DNA from: Nemertoderma westbladi
Taxonomy: Eukaryota; Animalia; Xenacoelomorpha
Direction of reading: 5' to 3'
DNA length: 64,000 nucleotides
Assembly (NCBI GenBank): GCA_032718475.1
Contig: JAUCBJ010008747.1
Location: 1-64,000 of the forward strand
A model generated the notes under the pieces. That model was not told the origin of the DNA. It was given only the letters and a program-made list of their open reading frames with translations, and did not search any database. This document shows, in pieces, positions 50,901 through 64,000 of this stretch. A program made the position numbers and the translations under genes. Numbering within the stretch: the first letter of the stretch is position 1; each line of letters begins with the position of its first letter.

Positions 50901-51064
50901 GTCTGTGCTCTTGTTGTCGTGTTAAGTATGTGAGACGTGCCTCCATGGCTGTAAGGAAAGCTTCAGTAACTTTAGCGGATAAATTAGGGATCTCGAAAGA
51001 CCCAACTTACGTTCGCGAACCTAGCGTATATTTTTCTATGCAATCGGTCAATAAATTGACATAA
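41987..51064 (+). CDS. SLC34A: Sodium-dependent phosphate cotransporter type II (SLC34/NaPi-II), ~627 aa, 9 coding exons: 41987-41995, 42195-42375, 43166-43309, 43448-43579, 44811-44992, 45581-45863, 48800-48976, 49406-49738, 50622-51064
   Basis: [62 protein letters not shown] and A.YRWF motifs. All introns are GT-AG and phases sum to 1884 nt. The first micro-exon (MEN) is less certain. Confidence 0.93.
43847..43934. repeat. Tandem duplication, 2 x ~43 bp, intronic
   Basis: atggagttaccggtacttagaccgtct(g/c)tgcggtgtttgtaaac occurs twice. Confidence 0.85.
46166..48772. mobile_element. Non-autonomous DNA element with ~250 bp imperfect TIRs in SLC34 intron 6
   Basis: 46166-46415 is the reverse complement of ~48535-48772 (shared gcgcactgggataagaaccggctgaattcataaaa and ttatcttgtaaccatggagaattg). 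Confidence 0.8.
46451..47620 (+). repeat. Nested modular element: short IR, (GTC)n microsatellite and 315-bp tandem core repeats (Helentron/DINE-like architecture, tentative)
   Basis: (GTC)n at 46524-46570. Units start at 46569, 46884 and 47199; the third is degenerate. Confidence 0.75.
49022..49296 (+). mobile_element. Short 3' fragment of the same RTE family as 36866-38430, in SLC34 intron 7
   Basis: Near-identical to the reverse complement of ~36870-37145 with a small internal deletion; ends gtagtagtag. Confidence 0.92.
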
Positions 51065-51345
51065 TTAGTGACTATCTGGAAATTACTATTATTATCTTGA
51101 ATAATTAATGCCTTAAGGAATTGTGTATTGCGAAATACTGTAGTTAAATTTAATATATTACTTTAATAGCATATATTGAATTACAATTAGTTTTGAAATT
51201 ATATTGAATTATGATTTGTTTAATTATTTACATATTTGATAATTTCAATGGTAGTTTACCACAGTGACCATGGTAACTACCAGCACTTCAATCGAAATAT
51301 TTATGATATTTATCCGAATTATTTAAAGCAAGAAATATCCCAAAC

Positions 51346-54185
51346 ATATCTTATGACGTCATCTACAGTATATCTTATGGCGTCATCTACAGTATATCTT
51401 ATGGCGTCATCTACAGTATATCTTATGACGTCATCTACAGTATATCTTATGACGTCATCTACAGTATATCTTATGACGTCATCTACAGTATATCTTATGA
51501 CGTCATCTACAGTATATCTTATGACGTCATCTACAGTATATCTTATGACGTTATCTACAGTATATCTTATGGCGTCATCTACAGTATATCTTATGACGTC
51601 ATCTACAGTATATCTTATGACGTCATCTACAGTATATCTTATGACGTCATCTACAGTATATCTTATGACGTCATCTACAGTATATCTTATGACGTCATCT
51701 ACAGTATATCTTATGACGTTATCTACAGTATATCTTATGGCGTCATCTACAGTATATCTTATGACGTCATCTACAGTATATCTTATGACGTCATCTACAG
51801 TATATCTTATGACGTCATCTACAGTATATCTTATGACGTCATCTACAGTATATCTTATGACGTTATCTACAGTATATCTTATGACGTTATCTACAGTATA
51901 TCTTATGACGTTATCTACAGTATATCTTATGACGTCATCTACAGTATATCTTATGACGTTATCTACAGTATATCTTATGACGTCATCTACAGTATATCTT
52001 ATGACGTTATCTACAGTATATCTTATGACGTTATCTACAGTATATCTTATGACGTTATCTACAGTATATCTTATGGCGTCATCTACAGTATATCTTATGA
52101 CGTCATCTACAGTATATCTTATGACGTCATCTACAGTATATCTTATGACGTCATCTACAGTATATCTTATGACGTCATCTACAGTATATCTTATGACGTT
52201 ATCTACAGTATATCTTATGACGTCATCTACAGTATATCTTATGGCGTCATCTACAGTATATCTTATGACGTCATCTACAGTATATCTTATGACGTCATCT
52301 ACAGTATATCTTATGACGTCACCTACAGTATATATTATGACGTCATCTACAGTATATCTTATGACGTCATCTACAGTATATCTTATGGCGTCATCTACAG
52401 TATATCTTATGACGTCATCTACAGTATATCTTATGACGTCATCTACAGTATATCTTATGACGTTATCTACAGTATATCTTATGACGTTATCTACAGTATA
52501 TCTTATGACGTCATCTACAGTATATCTTATGGCGTCATCTACAGTATATCTTATGACGTCATCTACAGTATATCTTATGACGTCATCTACAGTATATCTT
52601 ATGACGTCATCTACAGTATATCTTATGACGTCATCTACAGTATATCTTATGACGTCATCTACAGTATATCTTATGACGTCATCTACAGTATATCTTATGA
52701 CGTCATCTACAGTATATCTTATGACGTCATCTCAGTATATCTTATGACGTCATCTACAGTATATCTTATGGCGTCATCTACAGTATATCTTATGACGTCA
52801 TCTACAGTATATCTTATGACGTCATCTACAGTATATCTTATGACGTCACCTACAGTATATATTATGACGTCATCTACAGTATATCTTATGACGTCATCTA
52901 CAGTATATCTTATGGCGTCATCTACAGTATATCTTATGACGTCATCTACAGTATATCTTATGACGTCATCTACAGTATATCTTATGACGTCATCTACAGT
53001 ATATCTTATGACGTCATATACAGTATATCTTATGACGTAATCTACAGTATATCTTTATGACGTCATCTACAGTATATATTATGACGTCATCTACAGTATA
53101 TCTTATGACGTCATCTACAGTATATCTTATGACGTCATCTATATATATATATCTTATGAATTCATCTACATCTTATGACGTCATCTACAGTATCTCTTAT
53201 GACGTCATCTATATCTATCTTATGATGTCATCTATATATATATATTTATATCTTATGACGTCATCTACATCTATATCTTATGACGTCATCTACAGTATAT
53301 CTTATGACGTCACCTACAGTATATATTATGACGTCATCTACAGTATATCTTGTGACGTCATATACAGTATATCTTATGTCGTCATCTACAGTATATCTTA
53401 TGACGTCATCTACAGTATATCTTATGACGTCATCTACAGTATATCTTATGACGTCATCTACAGTATATCTTATGACGTCATCTACAGTATATCTTATGAC
53501 GTCATCTACAGTATATCTTATGACGTCATCTACAGTATATCTTATGACGTCATCTACAGTATATCTTATGACGTCATCTATATCTATATCTTATGATGTC
53601 ATCTATATCTATATCTTATGACGTCATCTATATCTATATCTTATGACGTCATCGATATCTATATCTTGTGACGTCATCTATATCTATATCTTATGACGTC
53701 ATCTATATCTATATCTTACGACGTCATCTACAGTATATCTTATGACGTCATCTATATCTATATCTTATGAATTCATCTATTTCTTATGACGACATCTATA
53801 TCTATATCTTATGACGTCTTCTACAGTATATCTTATGACGTCATCTATATCTATATCTTATGATGTGATCTATATCTATATCTATATCTTATGACGTCAT
53901 CTATATCTATATCTTATGACGTCATCTATATCTATATCTTATGATGTGATCTATATCTATATCTATATCTTATGACGTCATCTATATCTATATCTTATGA
54001 CGTCATCTACAGTATATCTTATGACGTCATCTATATCTATATCTTATGATATCATCTACAGTATATCTATATCTTATGACGTCATCTATATCTATATCTT
54101 ATGACGTCATCTATATCTACATCTTATGACGTCATCTATATCTATATCTTATGAATTCATCTATATCTTATGACGTCATATATAT
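51346..54185. repeat. 24-bp minisatellite (atatcttatgacgtcatctacagt)n, >100 copies
   Basis: Clear 24-nt period, seen as the 8-aa repeat MTSSTVYL in spurious ORFs. Distal variant ..ctatatct.. Confidence 0.98.
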
Positions 54186-54186
54186 C

Positions 54187-57100
54187 TCGCTTTTAGTGGA
54201 TGAGTTCTAAAGAATCGCTTTTAGTGGGTGAGTTCTAAAGAATCGCTTTTATGGGTGAGTTCTAAAGAATCGTTTTTCGTGGGTGAGTTCTAAAGAATCG
54301 CTTTTAGTGGGTGAGTTCTAAAGAATCATTTTTAGTGGGTGAGTTCTAAAGAAATCACAGTTAGTGGGTGAGTTCTAAAGAATCGTTTTTAGTGGGTGAG
54401 TTCTAAAGAAATCGATTTTAGTGGGTGAGTTCTAAAGAATCGCTTTTAGTGGGTGAGTTCTAAATAATCCTTCTTAGTGGGTGAGTTCTAAAGAATCGTT
54501 TTTAGTGGGTGAGTTCTAAAGAATCGTTTTTAGTGGGTGAGTTCTAAAGAATCGCTTTTAGTGGGTGAGTTCTAAAGAATCGCTTTTAGTGGGTGAGTTC
54601 TAAAGAGTCGTTTTTAGTGGGTGAGTTCTAAAGAATCGGTTTTAGTGGGTGAGTTCTAAAGAATCGCTTTTAGTGGGTGAGTTCTAAAGAATCGCTTTTA
54701 GTGGGTGAGTTCTAAAGAATCGCTTTTAGTGGGAGAGTTCTAAAGAATCGCTTTTAGTGGGTGAGTTCTAAAGAATCGCTTTTCGCGGGTGAGATCTCAA
54801 GAATCGCTTTTATGGGTGAGTTCTAAAGAATCGTTTTTAGTGGGTGAGTTCTAAAGAATCGTTTTTAGTGGGTGAGTTCTAAAGAATCGCTTTTAGTGGG
54901 TGAGTTCTAAAGAATCGCTTTTAGTGGGTGAGTTCTAAAGAATCGCTTTTAGTGGGAGAGTTCTAAAGAATCGCTTTTAGTGGGTGAGTTCTAAAGAATC
55001 GCTTTTAGTGGGTAAGTTCTAAAGCATCGCTTTTAGTGGGTGAGTTCTAAAGAATCGCTTTTAGTGGGTGAGTTCTAAAGAATCGCTTTTAGTGGGTGAG
55101 TTCAAAAGAATCGTTTTTAGTGGGTGAATTCTAAAAAATCGTTTTTAGTGGGTGAGTTCTAAAGAAATCGATTTTAGTGGGTGAGTTCTAAAGAATCGCT
55201 TTTAGTGGGTGAGTTCTAAAGAATCGTTTTTAGTGGGTGAGTTCTAAAGAATTGTTTTTAGTGGGTGAGTTCTAAAGAATCGCTTTTAGTGGGTGAGTTG
55301 TAAAGAATCGCTTTTAGTGGGTGAGTTCTAAAGAATCGCTTTTAGTGGGTGAGTTCTAAAGAATCGCTTTTAGTGGGTGAGTTCTAAAGAATCGCTTTTA
55401 GTGGGTGAGTTCTAAAGAATCGCTTTTAGTGGGTGAGTTCTAAAGAATCGCTTTTAGTGGGTGAGTTCTAAAGAATCGCTTCTAGTGGGTGAGTTCTAAA
55501 GAATCGTTTTTAGTGGGTGAGTTCTAATGAATCGCTTTTAGTGGGTGAGTTCTAGAGAATCGCTTTTAGTGGGTGAGTTCTAAAGAATCGCTTTTATGGG
55601 TGAGTTCTAAATAATCGTTTTTAATGGGTGAGTTCTAAAGAATCGCTTTTAGTGGGTGAGTTCTAAAGAATCGCTTTTAGTGGGTGAGTTCTAATGAATC
55701 GCTTTTAGTGGGTGAGTTCTAGAGAATCGCTTTTACGGGTGAGTTCTAAAGAATCGCTTTTAGTGGGTGAGTTCTAGAGAATCGCTTTTACGGGTGAGTT
55801 CTAAAGAATCGCTTTTAGTGGGTGAGTTCTAAAGAATCGTTTTTAGTGGGTGAGTTCTAAAGAATCGCTTTTAGTGGGTGAGTTCTAATGAATCGCTTTT
55901 AGTGGGTGAGTTCTAGAGAATCGCTTTTACGGGTGAGTTCTAAAGAATCGCTTTTACGGGTGAGTTCTAAAGAATCGTTTTTAGTGGGTGAGTTCTAAAG
56001 AATCGTTTTTAGTGGGTGAGTTCTAATGAATCGCTTTTAGTGGGTGAGTTCTAGAGAATCGCTTTTAGTGGGTGAGTTCTAAAGAATCGCTTTTATGGGT
56101 GAGTTCTAAATAATCGTTTTTAGTGGGTGAGTTCTAAAGAATCGCTTTTAGTGGGTGAGTTCTAGAGAATCGCTTTTAGTGGGTGAGTTCTAAAGAATCG
56201 CTTTTACGGGTGAGTTCTAAAGAATCGCTTTTAGTGGGTGAGTTCTAAAGAATCGCTTTTAGTGGGTGAGTTCTAATGAATCGCTTTTAGTGGGTGAGTT
56301 CTAGAGAATCGCTTTTAGTGGGTGAGTTCTAAAGAATCGCTTTTATGGGTGAGTTCTAAATAATCGTTTTTAGTGGGTGAGTTCTAAAGAATCGCTTTTA
56401 GTGGGTGAGTTCTAAAGAATCGCTTTTAGTGGGTGAGTTCTAATGAATCGCTTTTAGTGGGTGAGTTCTAGAGAATCGCTTTTACGGGTGAGTTCTAAAG
56501 AATCGCTTTTAGTGGGTGAGTTCTAGAGAATCGCTTTTACGGGTGAGTTCTAAAGAATCGCTTTTAGTGGGTGAGTTCTAAAGAATCGTTTTTAGTGGGT
56601 GAGTTCTAAAGAATCGCTTTTAGTGGGTGAGTTCTAATGAATCGCTTTTAGTGGGTGAGTTCTAGAGAATCGCTTTTACGGGTGAGTTCTAAAGAATCGC
56701 TTTTACGGGTGAGTTCTAAAGAATCGTTTTTAGTGGGTGAGTTCTAAAGAATCGTTTTTAGTGGGTGAGTTCTAATGAATCGCTTTTAGTGGGTGAGTTC
56801 TAGAGAATCGCTTTTAGTGGGTGAGTTCTAAAGAATCGCTTTTATGGGTGAGTTCTAAATAATCGTTTTTAGTGGGTGAGTTCTAAAGAATCGCTTTTAG
56901 TGGGTGAGTTCTAAAGAATCGCTTTTACGGGTGAGTTCTAAAGAATCGCTTTTAGTGGGTGAGTTCTAAAGAATCGCTTTTAGTGGGTGAGTTCTAATGA
57001 ATCGCTTTTAGTGGGTGAGTTCTAGAGAATCGCTTTTAGTGGGTGAGTTCTAAAGAATCGCTTTTATGGGTGAGTTCTAAAGAATCGTTTTTAGTGGGTG

Positions 57101-60100
57101 AGTTCTAAAGAATCGTTTTTAGTGGGTGAGTTCTAAAGAATCGCTTTTAGTGGGTGAGTTCTAAAGAATCGCTTTTAGTGGGTGAGTTCTAAAGAATCGC
57201 TTTAGTGGGTGAGTTCTAAAGAATCGCTTTTAGTGGGTGAGTTCTAGAGAATCGCTTTTAGTGGGTGAGTTCTAAAGAATCGCTTTTACGGGTGAGTTCT
57301 AAAGAATCGCTTTTAGTGGGTGAGTTCTAAAGAATCGCTTTTAGTGGGTGAGTTCTAGAGAATCGCTTTTACGGGTGAGTTCTAAAGAATCGCTTTTAGT
57401 GGGTGAGTTCTAAATAATCGCTTTTAGTGGGTGAGTTCTAAAGAATCGCTTTTAGTGGGTGAGTTCTAAAGAATCGCTTTTAGTGGGTGAGTTCAAAAGA
57501 ATCGTTTTTAGTGGGTGAATTCTAAAAAATCGTTTTTAGTGGGTGAGTTCTAAAGAAATCGATTTTAGTGGGTGAGTTCTAAAGAATCGCCTTTAGTGGG
57601 TGAGTTCTAAAGAATCGTTTTTAGTGGGTGAGTTCTAAAGAATTGTTTTTAGTGGGTGAGTTCTAAAGAATCGCTTTTAGTGGGTGAGTTGTAAAGAATC
57701 GCTTTTAGTGGGTAAGTTCTAAAGAATCGCTTTTAGTGGGTGAGTTCTAAAGAATCGCTTTTAGTGGGTGAGTTCTAAAGAATCGCTTTTAGTGGGTGAG
57801 TTCTAAAGAATCGCTTCTAGTGGGTGAGTTCTAAAGAATCCTTCTTAGTGGGTGAGTTCTAAAGAATCGCTTTTAGTGGGTGAGTTCTAAAGAATCGCTT
57901 TTAGTGGGTGAGTTCTAAAGAATCGCTTTTACGGGTGAGTTCTAAAGAATCGCCTTTAGTGGGTGAGTTCTAAAGAATCGTTTTTAGTGGGTGAGTTCAA
58001 AAGAATCGTTTTTAGTGGGTGAATTCTAAAAAATCGTTTTTAGTGGGTGAGTTCTAAAGAAATCGATTTTAGTGGGTGAGTTCTAAAGAATCGCCTTTAG
58101 TGGGTGAGTTCTAAAGAATCGTTTTTAGTGGGTGAGTTCTAAAGAATTGTTTTTAGTGGGTGAGTTCTAAAGAATCGCTTTTAGTGGGTGAGTTGTAAAG
58201 AATCGCTTTTAGTGGGTAAGTTCTAAAGAATCGCTTTTAGTGGGTGAGTTCTAAAGAATCGCTTTTAGTGGGTGAGTTCTAAAGAATCGCTTTTAGTGGG
58301 TGAGTTCTAAAGAATCGCTTCTAGTGGGTGAGTTCTAAAGAATCCTTCTTAGTGGGTGAGTTCTAAAGAATCGCTTTTAGTGGGTGAGTTCTAAAGAATC
58401 GCTTTTAGTGGGTGAGTTCTAAAGAATCGCTTTTACGGGTGAGTTCTAAAGAATCGTTTTTAGTGGGTGAGTTCTAAAGAATCGTTTTTAGTGGGTGAGT
58501 TCTAATGAATCGCTTTTAGTGGGTGAGTTCTAGAGAATCGCTTTTACGGGTGAGTTCTAAAGAATCGCTTTTACGGGTGAGTTCTAAAGAATCGTTTTTA
58601 GTGGGTGAGTTCTAAAGAATCGTTTTTAGTGGGTGAGTTCTAATGAATCGCTTTTAGTGGGTGAGTTCTAGAGAATCGCTTTTAGTGGGTGAGTTCTAAA
58701 GAATCGCTTTTATGGGTGAGTTCTAAATAATCGTTTTTAGTGGGTGAGTTCTAAAGAATCGCTTTTAGTGGGTGAGTTCTAAAGAATCGCTTTTACGGGT
58801 GAGTTCTAAAGAATCGCTTTTAGTTGGTGAGTTCTAAAGAATCGCTTTTAGTGGGTGAGTTCTAATGAATCGCTTTTAGTGGGTGAGTTCTAGAGAATCG
58901 CTTTTAGTGGGTGAGTTCTAAAGAATCGCTTTTATGGGTGAGTTCTAAAGAATCGTTTTTAGTGGGTGAGTTCTAAAGAATCGTTTTTAGTGGGTGAGTT
59001 CTAAAGAATCGCTTTTAGTGGGTGAGTTCTAAAGAATCGCTTTTAGTGGGTGAGTTCTAAAGAATCGCTTTAGTGGGTGAGTTCTAAAGAATCGCTTTTA
59101 GTGGGTGAGTTCTAGAGAATCGCTTTTAGTGGGTGAGTTCTAAAGAATCGCTTTTACGGGTGAGTTCTAAAGAATCGCTTTTAGTGGGTGAGTTCTAAAT
59201 AATCGCTTTTAGTGGGTGAGTTCTAAAGAATCGCTTTTAGTGGGTGAGTTCTAAAGAATCGCTTTTAGTGGGTGAGTTCTAAAGAATCGCTTTTAGTGGG
59301 TGAGTTCTAAAGAATCGCTTTAGTGGGTGAGTTCTAAAGAATCGCTTTTAGTGGGTGAGTTCTAATGAATCGCTTTTAGTGGGTGAGTTCTAGAGAATCG
59401 CTTTTAGTGGGTGAGTTCTAAAGAATCGCTTTTATGGGTGAGTTCTAAAGAATCGTTTTTAGTGGGTGAGTTCTAAAGAATCGTTTTTAGTGGGTGAGTT
59501 CTAAAGAATCGCTTTTAGTGGGTGAGTTCTAAAGAATCGCTTTTAGTGGGTGAGTTCTAAAGAATCGCTTTAGTGGGTGAGTTCTAAAGAATCGCTTTTA
59601 GTGGGTGAGTTCTAGAGAATCGCTTTTAGTGGGTGAGTTCTAAAGAATCGCTTTTACGGGTGAGTTCTAAAGAATCGCTTTTAGTGGGTGAGTTCTAAAG
59701 AATCGCTTTTAGTGGGTGAGTTCTAGAGAATCGCTTTTACGGGTGAGTTCTAAAGAATCGCTTTTAGTGGGTGAGTTCTAAATAATCGCTTTTAGTGGGT
59801 GAGTTCTAAAGAATCGCTTTTAGTGGGTGAGTTCTAAAGAATCGCTTTTAGTGGGTGAGTTCAAAAGAATCGTTTTTAGTGGGTGAATTCTAAAAAATCG
59901 TTTTTAGTGGGTGAGTTCTAAAGAAATCGATTTTAGTGGGTGAGTTCTAAAGAATCGCCTTTAGTGGGTGAGTTCTAAAGAATCGTTTTTAGTGGGTGAG
60001 TTCTAAAGAATTGTTTTTAGTGGGTGAGTTCTAAAGAATCGCTTTTAGTGGGTGAGTTGTAAAGAATCGCTTTTAGTGGGTAAGTTCTAAAGAATCGCTT

Positions 60101-63100
60101 TTAGTGGGTGAGTTCTAAAGAATCGCTTTTAGTGGGTGAGTTCTAAAGAATCGCTTTTAGTGGGTGAGTTCTAAAGAATCGCTTCTAGTGGGTGAGTTCT
60201 AAAGAATCCTTCTTAGTGGGTGAGTTCTAAAGAATCGCTTTTAGTGGGTGAGTTCTAAAGAATCGCTTTTAGTGGGTGAGTTCTAAAGAATCGCTTTTAC
60301 GGGTGAGTTCTAAAGAATCGTTTTTAGTGGGTGAGTTCTAAAGAATCGTTTTTAGTGGGTGAGTTCTAATGAATCGCTTTTAGTGGGTGAGTTCTAGAGA
60401 ATCGCTTTTACGGGTGAGTTCTAAAGAATCGCTTTTACGGGTGAGTTCTAAAGAATCGTTTTTAGTGGGTGAGTTCAAAGAATCGTTTTTAGTGGGTGAG
60501 TTCTAATGAATCGCTTTTAGTGGGTGAGTTCTAGAGAATCGCTTTTAGTGGGTGAGTTCTAAAGAATCGCTTTTATGGGTGAGTTCTAAATAATCGTTTT
60601 TAGTGGGTGAGTTCTAAAGAATCGCTTTTAGTGGGTGAGTTCTAAAGAATCGCTTTTACGGGTGAGTTCTAAAGAATCGCTTTTAGTTGGTGAGTTCTAA
60701 AGAATCGCTTTTAGTGGGTGAGTTCTAATGAATCGCTTTTAGTGGGTGAGTTCTAGAGAATCGCTTTTAGTGGGTGAGTTCTAAAGAATCGCTTTTATGG
60801 GTGAGTTCTAAAGAATCGTTTTTAGTGGGTGAGTTCTAAAGAATCGTTTTTAGTGGGTGAGTTCTAAAGAATCGCTTTTAGTGGGTGAGTTCTAAAGAAT
60901 CGCTTTTAGTGGGTGAGTTCTAAAGAATCGCTTTAGTGGGTGAGTTCTAAAGAATCGCTTTTAGTGGGTGAGTTCTAGAGAATCGCTTTTAGTGGGTGAG
61001 TTCTAAAGAATCGCTTTTACGGGTGAGTTCTAAAGAATCGCTTTTAGTGGGTGAGTTCTAAATAATCGCTTTTAGTGGGTGAGTTCTAAAGAATCGCTTT
61101 TAGTGGGTGAGTTCTAAAGAATCGCTTTTAGTGGGTGAGTTCAAAAGAATCGTTTTTAGTGGGTGAATTCTAAAAAATCGTTTTTAGTGGGTGAGTTCTA
61201 AAGAAATCGATTTTAGTGGGTGAGTTCTAAAGAATCGCTTTTAGTGGGTGAGTTCTAAAGAATCGTTTTTAGTGGGTGAGTTCTAAAGAATTGTTTTTAG
61301 TGGGTGAGTTCTAAAGAATCGCTTTTAGTGGGTGAGTTGTAAAGAATCGCTTTTAGTGGGTAAGTTCTAAAGAATCGCTTTTAGTGGGTGAGTTCTAAAG
61401 AATCGCTTTTAGTGGGTGAGTTCTAAAGAATCGCTTTTAGTGGGTGAGTTCTAAAGAATCGCTTCTAGTGGGTGAGTTCTAAAGAATCCTTCTTAGTGGG
61501 TGAGTTCTAAAGAATCGCTTTTAGTGGGTGAGTTCTAAAGAATCGCTTTTAGTGGGTGAGTTCTAAAGAATCGCTTTTACGGGTGAGTTCTAAAGAATCG
61601 TTTTTAGTGGGTGAGTTCTAAAGAATCGTTTTTAGTGGGTGAGTTCTAATGAATCGCTTTTAGTGGGTGAGTTCTAGAGAATCGCTTTTAGTGGGTGAGT
61701 TCTAAAGAATCGCTTTTATGGGTGAGTTCTTAAGAATCGTTTTTAGTGGGTGAGTTCTAAAGAATCGCTTTTAGTGGGTGAGTTCTAAAGAATCGCGTTT
61801 AGTGTGTGAGTTCTAAAGAATCGCTTTAGTGGGTGAGTTCTAAAGAATCGCTTTTAGTGGGTGAGTTCTAAAGAATCGCTTTAGTGGGTGAGTTCTAAAG
61901 AATCGCGTTTAGTGTGTGAGTTCTAAAGAATCGCTTTTAGTGGGTGAGTTCTAAAGAATCGCTTTTAGTGGGTGAGTTCTAAAGAATCGCTTTTAGTGGG
62001 TGAGTTCTAAAGAATCGCTTTTAGTGGGTGAGTTCTAAAGAATCGCTTTTAGTGGGTGAGTTCTAAAGAATCGCGTTTAGTGTGTGAGTTCTAAAGAATC
62101 GCTTTTAGTGGGTGAGTTCTAAAGAATCGTTTTTACGGGTGAGTTCTAAAGAATCGCTTTTAGTGGGTGAGTTCTAAAGAATCGCTTTTAGTGGGTGAGT
62201 TCTAATGAATCGCTTTTAGTGGGTGAGTTCTAGAGAATCGCTTTTAGTGGGTGAGTTCTAAAGAATCGCTTTAGTGGGTGATTCTAAAAATCGTTTTGGG
62301 TGAGTTCTAAAGAATCGCTTTTAGTGGGTGAGTTCTAAAGAATCGCTTTTAGTGGGTGAGTTCTAAAGAATCGCTTTTAGTGGGTGAGTTCTAAAGAATC
62401 GCTTTTAGTGGGTGAGTTCTAAAGAATCGCTTTTAGTGGGTGAGTTCTAAAGAATCGCTTTTAGTGGGTGAGTTCTAAAGAATCGCTTTTAGTGGGTGAG
62501 TTCTAAAGAATCGCTTTTAGTGGGTGAGTTCTAAAGAATCGCTTTTAGTGGGTGAGTTCTAAAGAATCGCTTTTAGTGGGTGAGTTCTAAAGAATCGCTT
62601 TTAGTGGGTGAGTTCTAAAGAATCGCTTTTAGTGGGTGAGTTCTAAAGAATCGCTTTTAGTGGGTGAGTTCTAAAGAATCGCTTTTAGTGGGTGAGTTCT
62701 AAAGAATCGCTTTTAGTGGGTGAGTTCTAAAGAATCGCTTTTAGTGGGTGAGTTCTAAAGAATCGCTTTTAGTGGGTGAGTTCTAAAGAATCGCTTTTAG
62801 TGGGTGAGTTCTAAAGAATCGCTTTTAGTGGGTGAGTTCTAAAGAATCGCTTTTAGTGGGTGAGTTCTAAAGAATCGCTTTTAGTGGGTGAGTTCTAAAG
62901 AATCGCTTTTAGTGGGTGAGTTCTAAAGAATCGCTTTTAGTGGGTGAGTTCTAAAGAATCGCTTTTAGTGGGTGAATTCTAAAAAATCGTTTTTAGTGGG
63001 TGAGTTCTAAAGAAATCGATTTTAGTGGGTGAGTTCTAAAGAAATCGTTTTTAGTGGGTGAGTTCTAAAGAATCGCTTTTAGTGGGTGAGTTCTAAAGAA

Positions 63101-64000
63101 TCGCTTTTAGTGGGTGAGTTCTAAAGAATCGTTTTTAGTGGGTGAGTTCTAAAGAATCGTTTTTAGTGGGTGAGTTCTAAAGAAATCGATTTTAGTGGGT
63201 GAATTCTAAAAAATCGTTTTTAGTGGGTGAGTTCTAAAGAAATCGATTTTAGTGGGTGAGTTCTAAAGAATCGCTTTTAGTGGGTGAGTTCTAAAGAATC
63301 GCTTTTAGTGGGTGAGTTCTAAAGAATCGTTTTTAGTGGGTGAGTTCTAAAGAATCGTTTTTAGTGGGTGAGTTCTAAAGAAATCGATTTTAGTGGGTGA
63401 GTTCTAAAGAATCGTTTTTAGTGGGTGAGTTCTAAAGAAATCGATTTTAGTGGGTGAGTTCTAAAGAATCGCTTTTAGTGGGTGAGTTCTAAAGAATCGC
63501 TTTTAGTGGGTGAGTTCTAAAGAATCGCTTTTAGTGGGTGAGTTCTAAAGAATCGTTTTTAGTGGGTGAGTTCTAAAGAATCGTTTTTAGTGGGTGAGTT
63601 CTAAAGAAATCGATTTTAGTGGGTGAGTTCTAAAGAATCGTTTTTAGTGGGTGAGTTCTAAAGAAATCGATTTTAGTGGGTGAGTTCTAAAGAATCGTTT
63701 TTAGTGGGTGAGTTCTAAAGAAATCGCTTTTAGTGGGTGAGTTCTAAAGAATCGTTTTTAGTGGGTGAGTTCTAAAGAATCGCTATTATGGGTGAGTTCT
63801 AAAGAATCGCTTTTAGTGGGTGAGTTCTAAAGAATCGTTTTTAGTGGGTGAGTTCTAAAGAATCGTTTTTAGTGGGTGAGTTCTAAAGAATCGCTTTTAG
63901 TGGGTGAGTTCTAAAGAATCGCTTTTAGTGGGTGAGTTCTAAAGAATCGCTTTAGTGGGTGAGTTCTAAAGAATCGCTTTTAGTGGGTGAGTTCTAATGA
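54187..64000. repeat. 28-bp satellite (gaatcgcttttagtgggtgagttctaaa)n, ~350 copies, runs off the window
   Basis: Period 28 (line pattern recurs every 420 nt in the homogeneous part). Confidence 0.99.

Noticed and set aside
51236-53621. MTSSTVYL-repeat ORFs
   Set aside because: Products of a 24-bp minisatellite; broken by indels, with no coding signal.
51346-64000. CRISPR-like appearance of 24/28-bp repeats
   Set aside because: Head-to-tail units with no unique spacers, no cas genes and a eukaryotic context.
54187-64000. True telomere
   Set aside because: The unit is 28 bp, not TTAGGG/TTAGG; there is only a resemblance.

Overview
AT-rich animal (probably invertebrate) genomic DNA dominated by mobile elements and repeats. 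(1) 1-12.5 kb holds rearranged remnants of a Polinton/Maverick-like gene cluster. These are two inverted copies of a small GTSF1/Asterix-like double-CHHC zinc-finger gene with a Trp-rich acidic tail, a frameshifted DnaQ-fold gene with a Maelstrom-like E..CxxH..C signature, an acidic C2H2 protein, and a pPolB-like N-terminal stub. A near-intact APE-RT LINE embedded in long (GAGT)n arrays interrupts the cluster. (2) 13.8-32.6 kb is a TTAA-flanked piggyBac-like non-autonomous shell containing a ~16 kb Polinton with ~790 bp TIRs. The Polinton carries pPolB, packaging ATPase, integrase, adenain protease, major capsid, two minor capsid paralogs, core proteins, a PC4-like gene and a TBP-like gene; many are disrupted. 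(3) 35-41.5 kb has CR1-like and RTE-like LINE fragments and two tRNA-derived SINEs. (4) 42-51 kb is a 9-coding-exon SLC34 (NaPi-II) phosphate cotransporter gene with nested repeats in its introns. (5) 51.3-64 kb is a 24-bp CRE-containing minisatellite followed by a 28-bp satellite with higher-order structure. All family assignments come from motif recognition by eye, not database searches.
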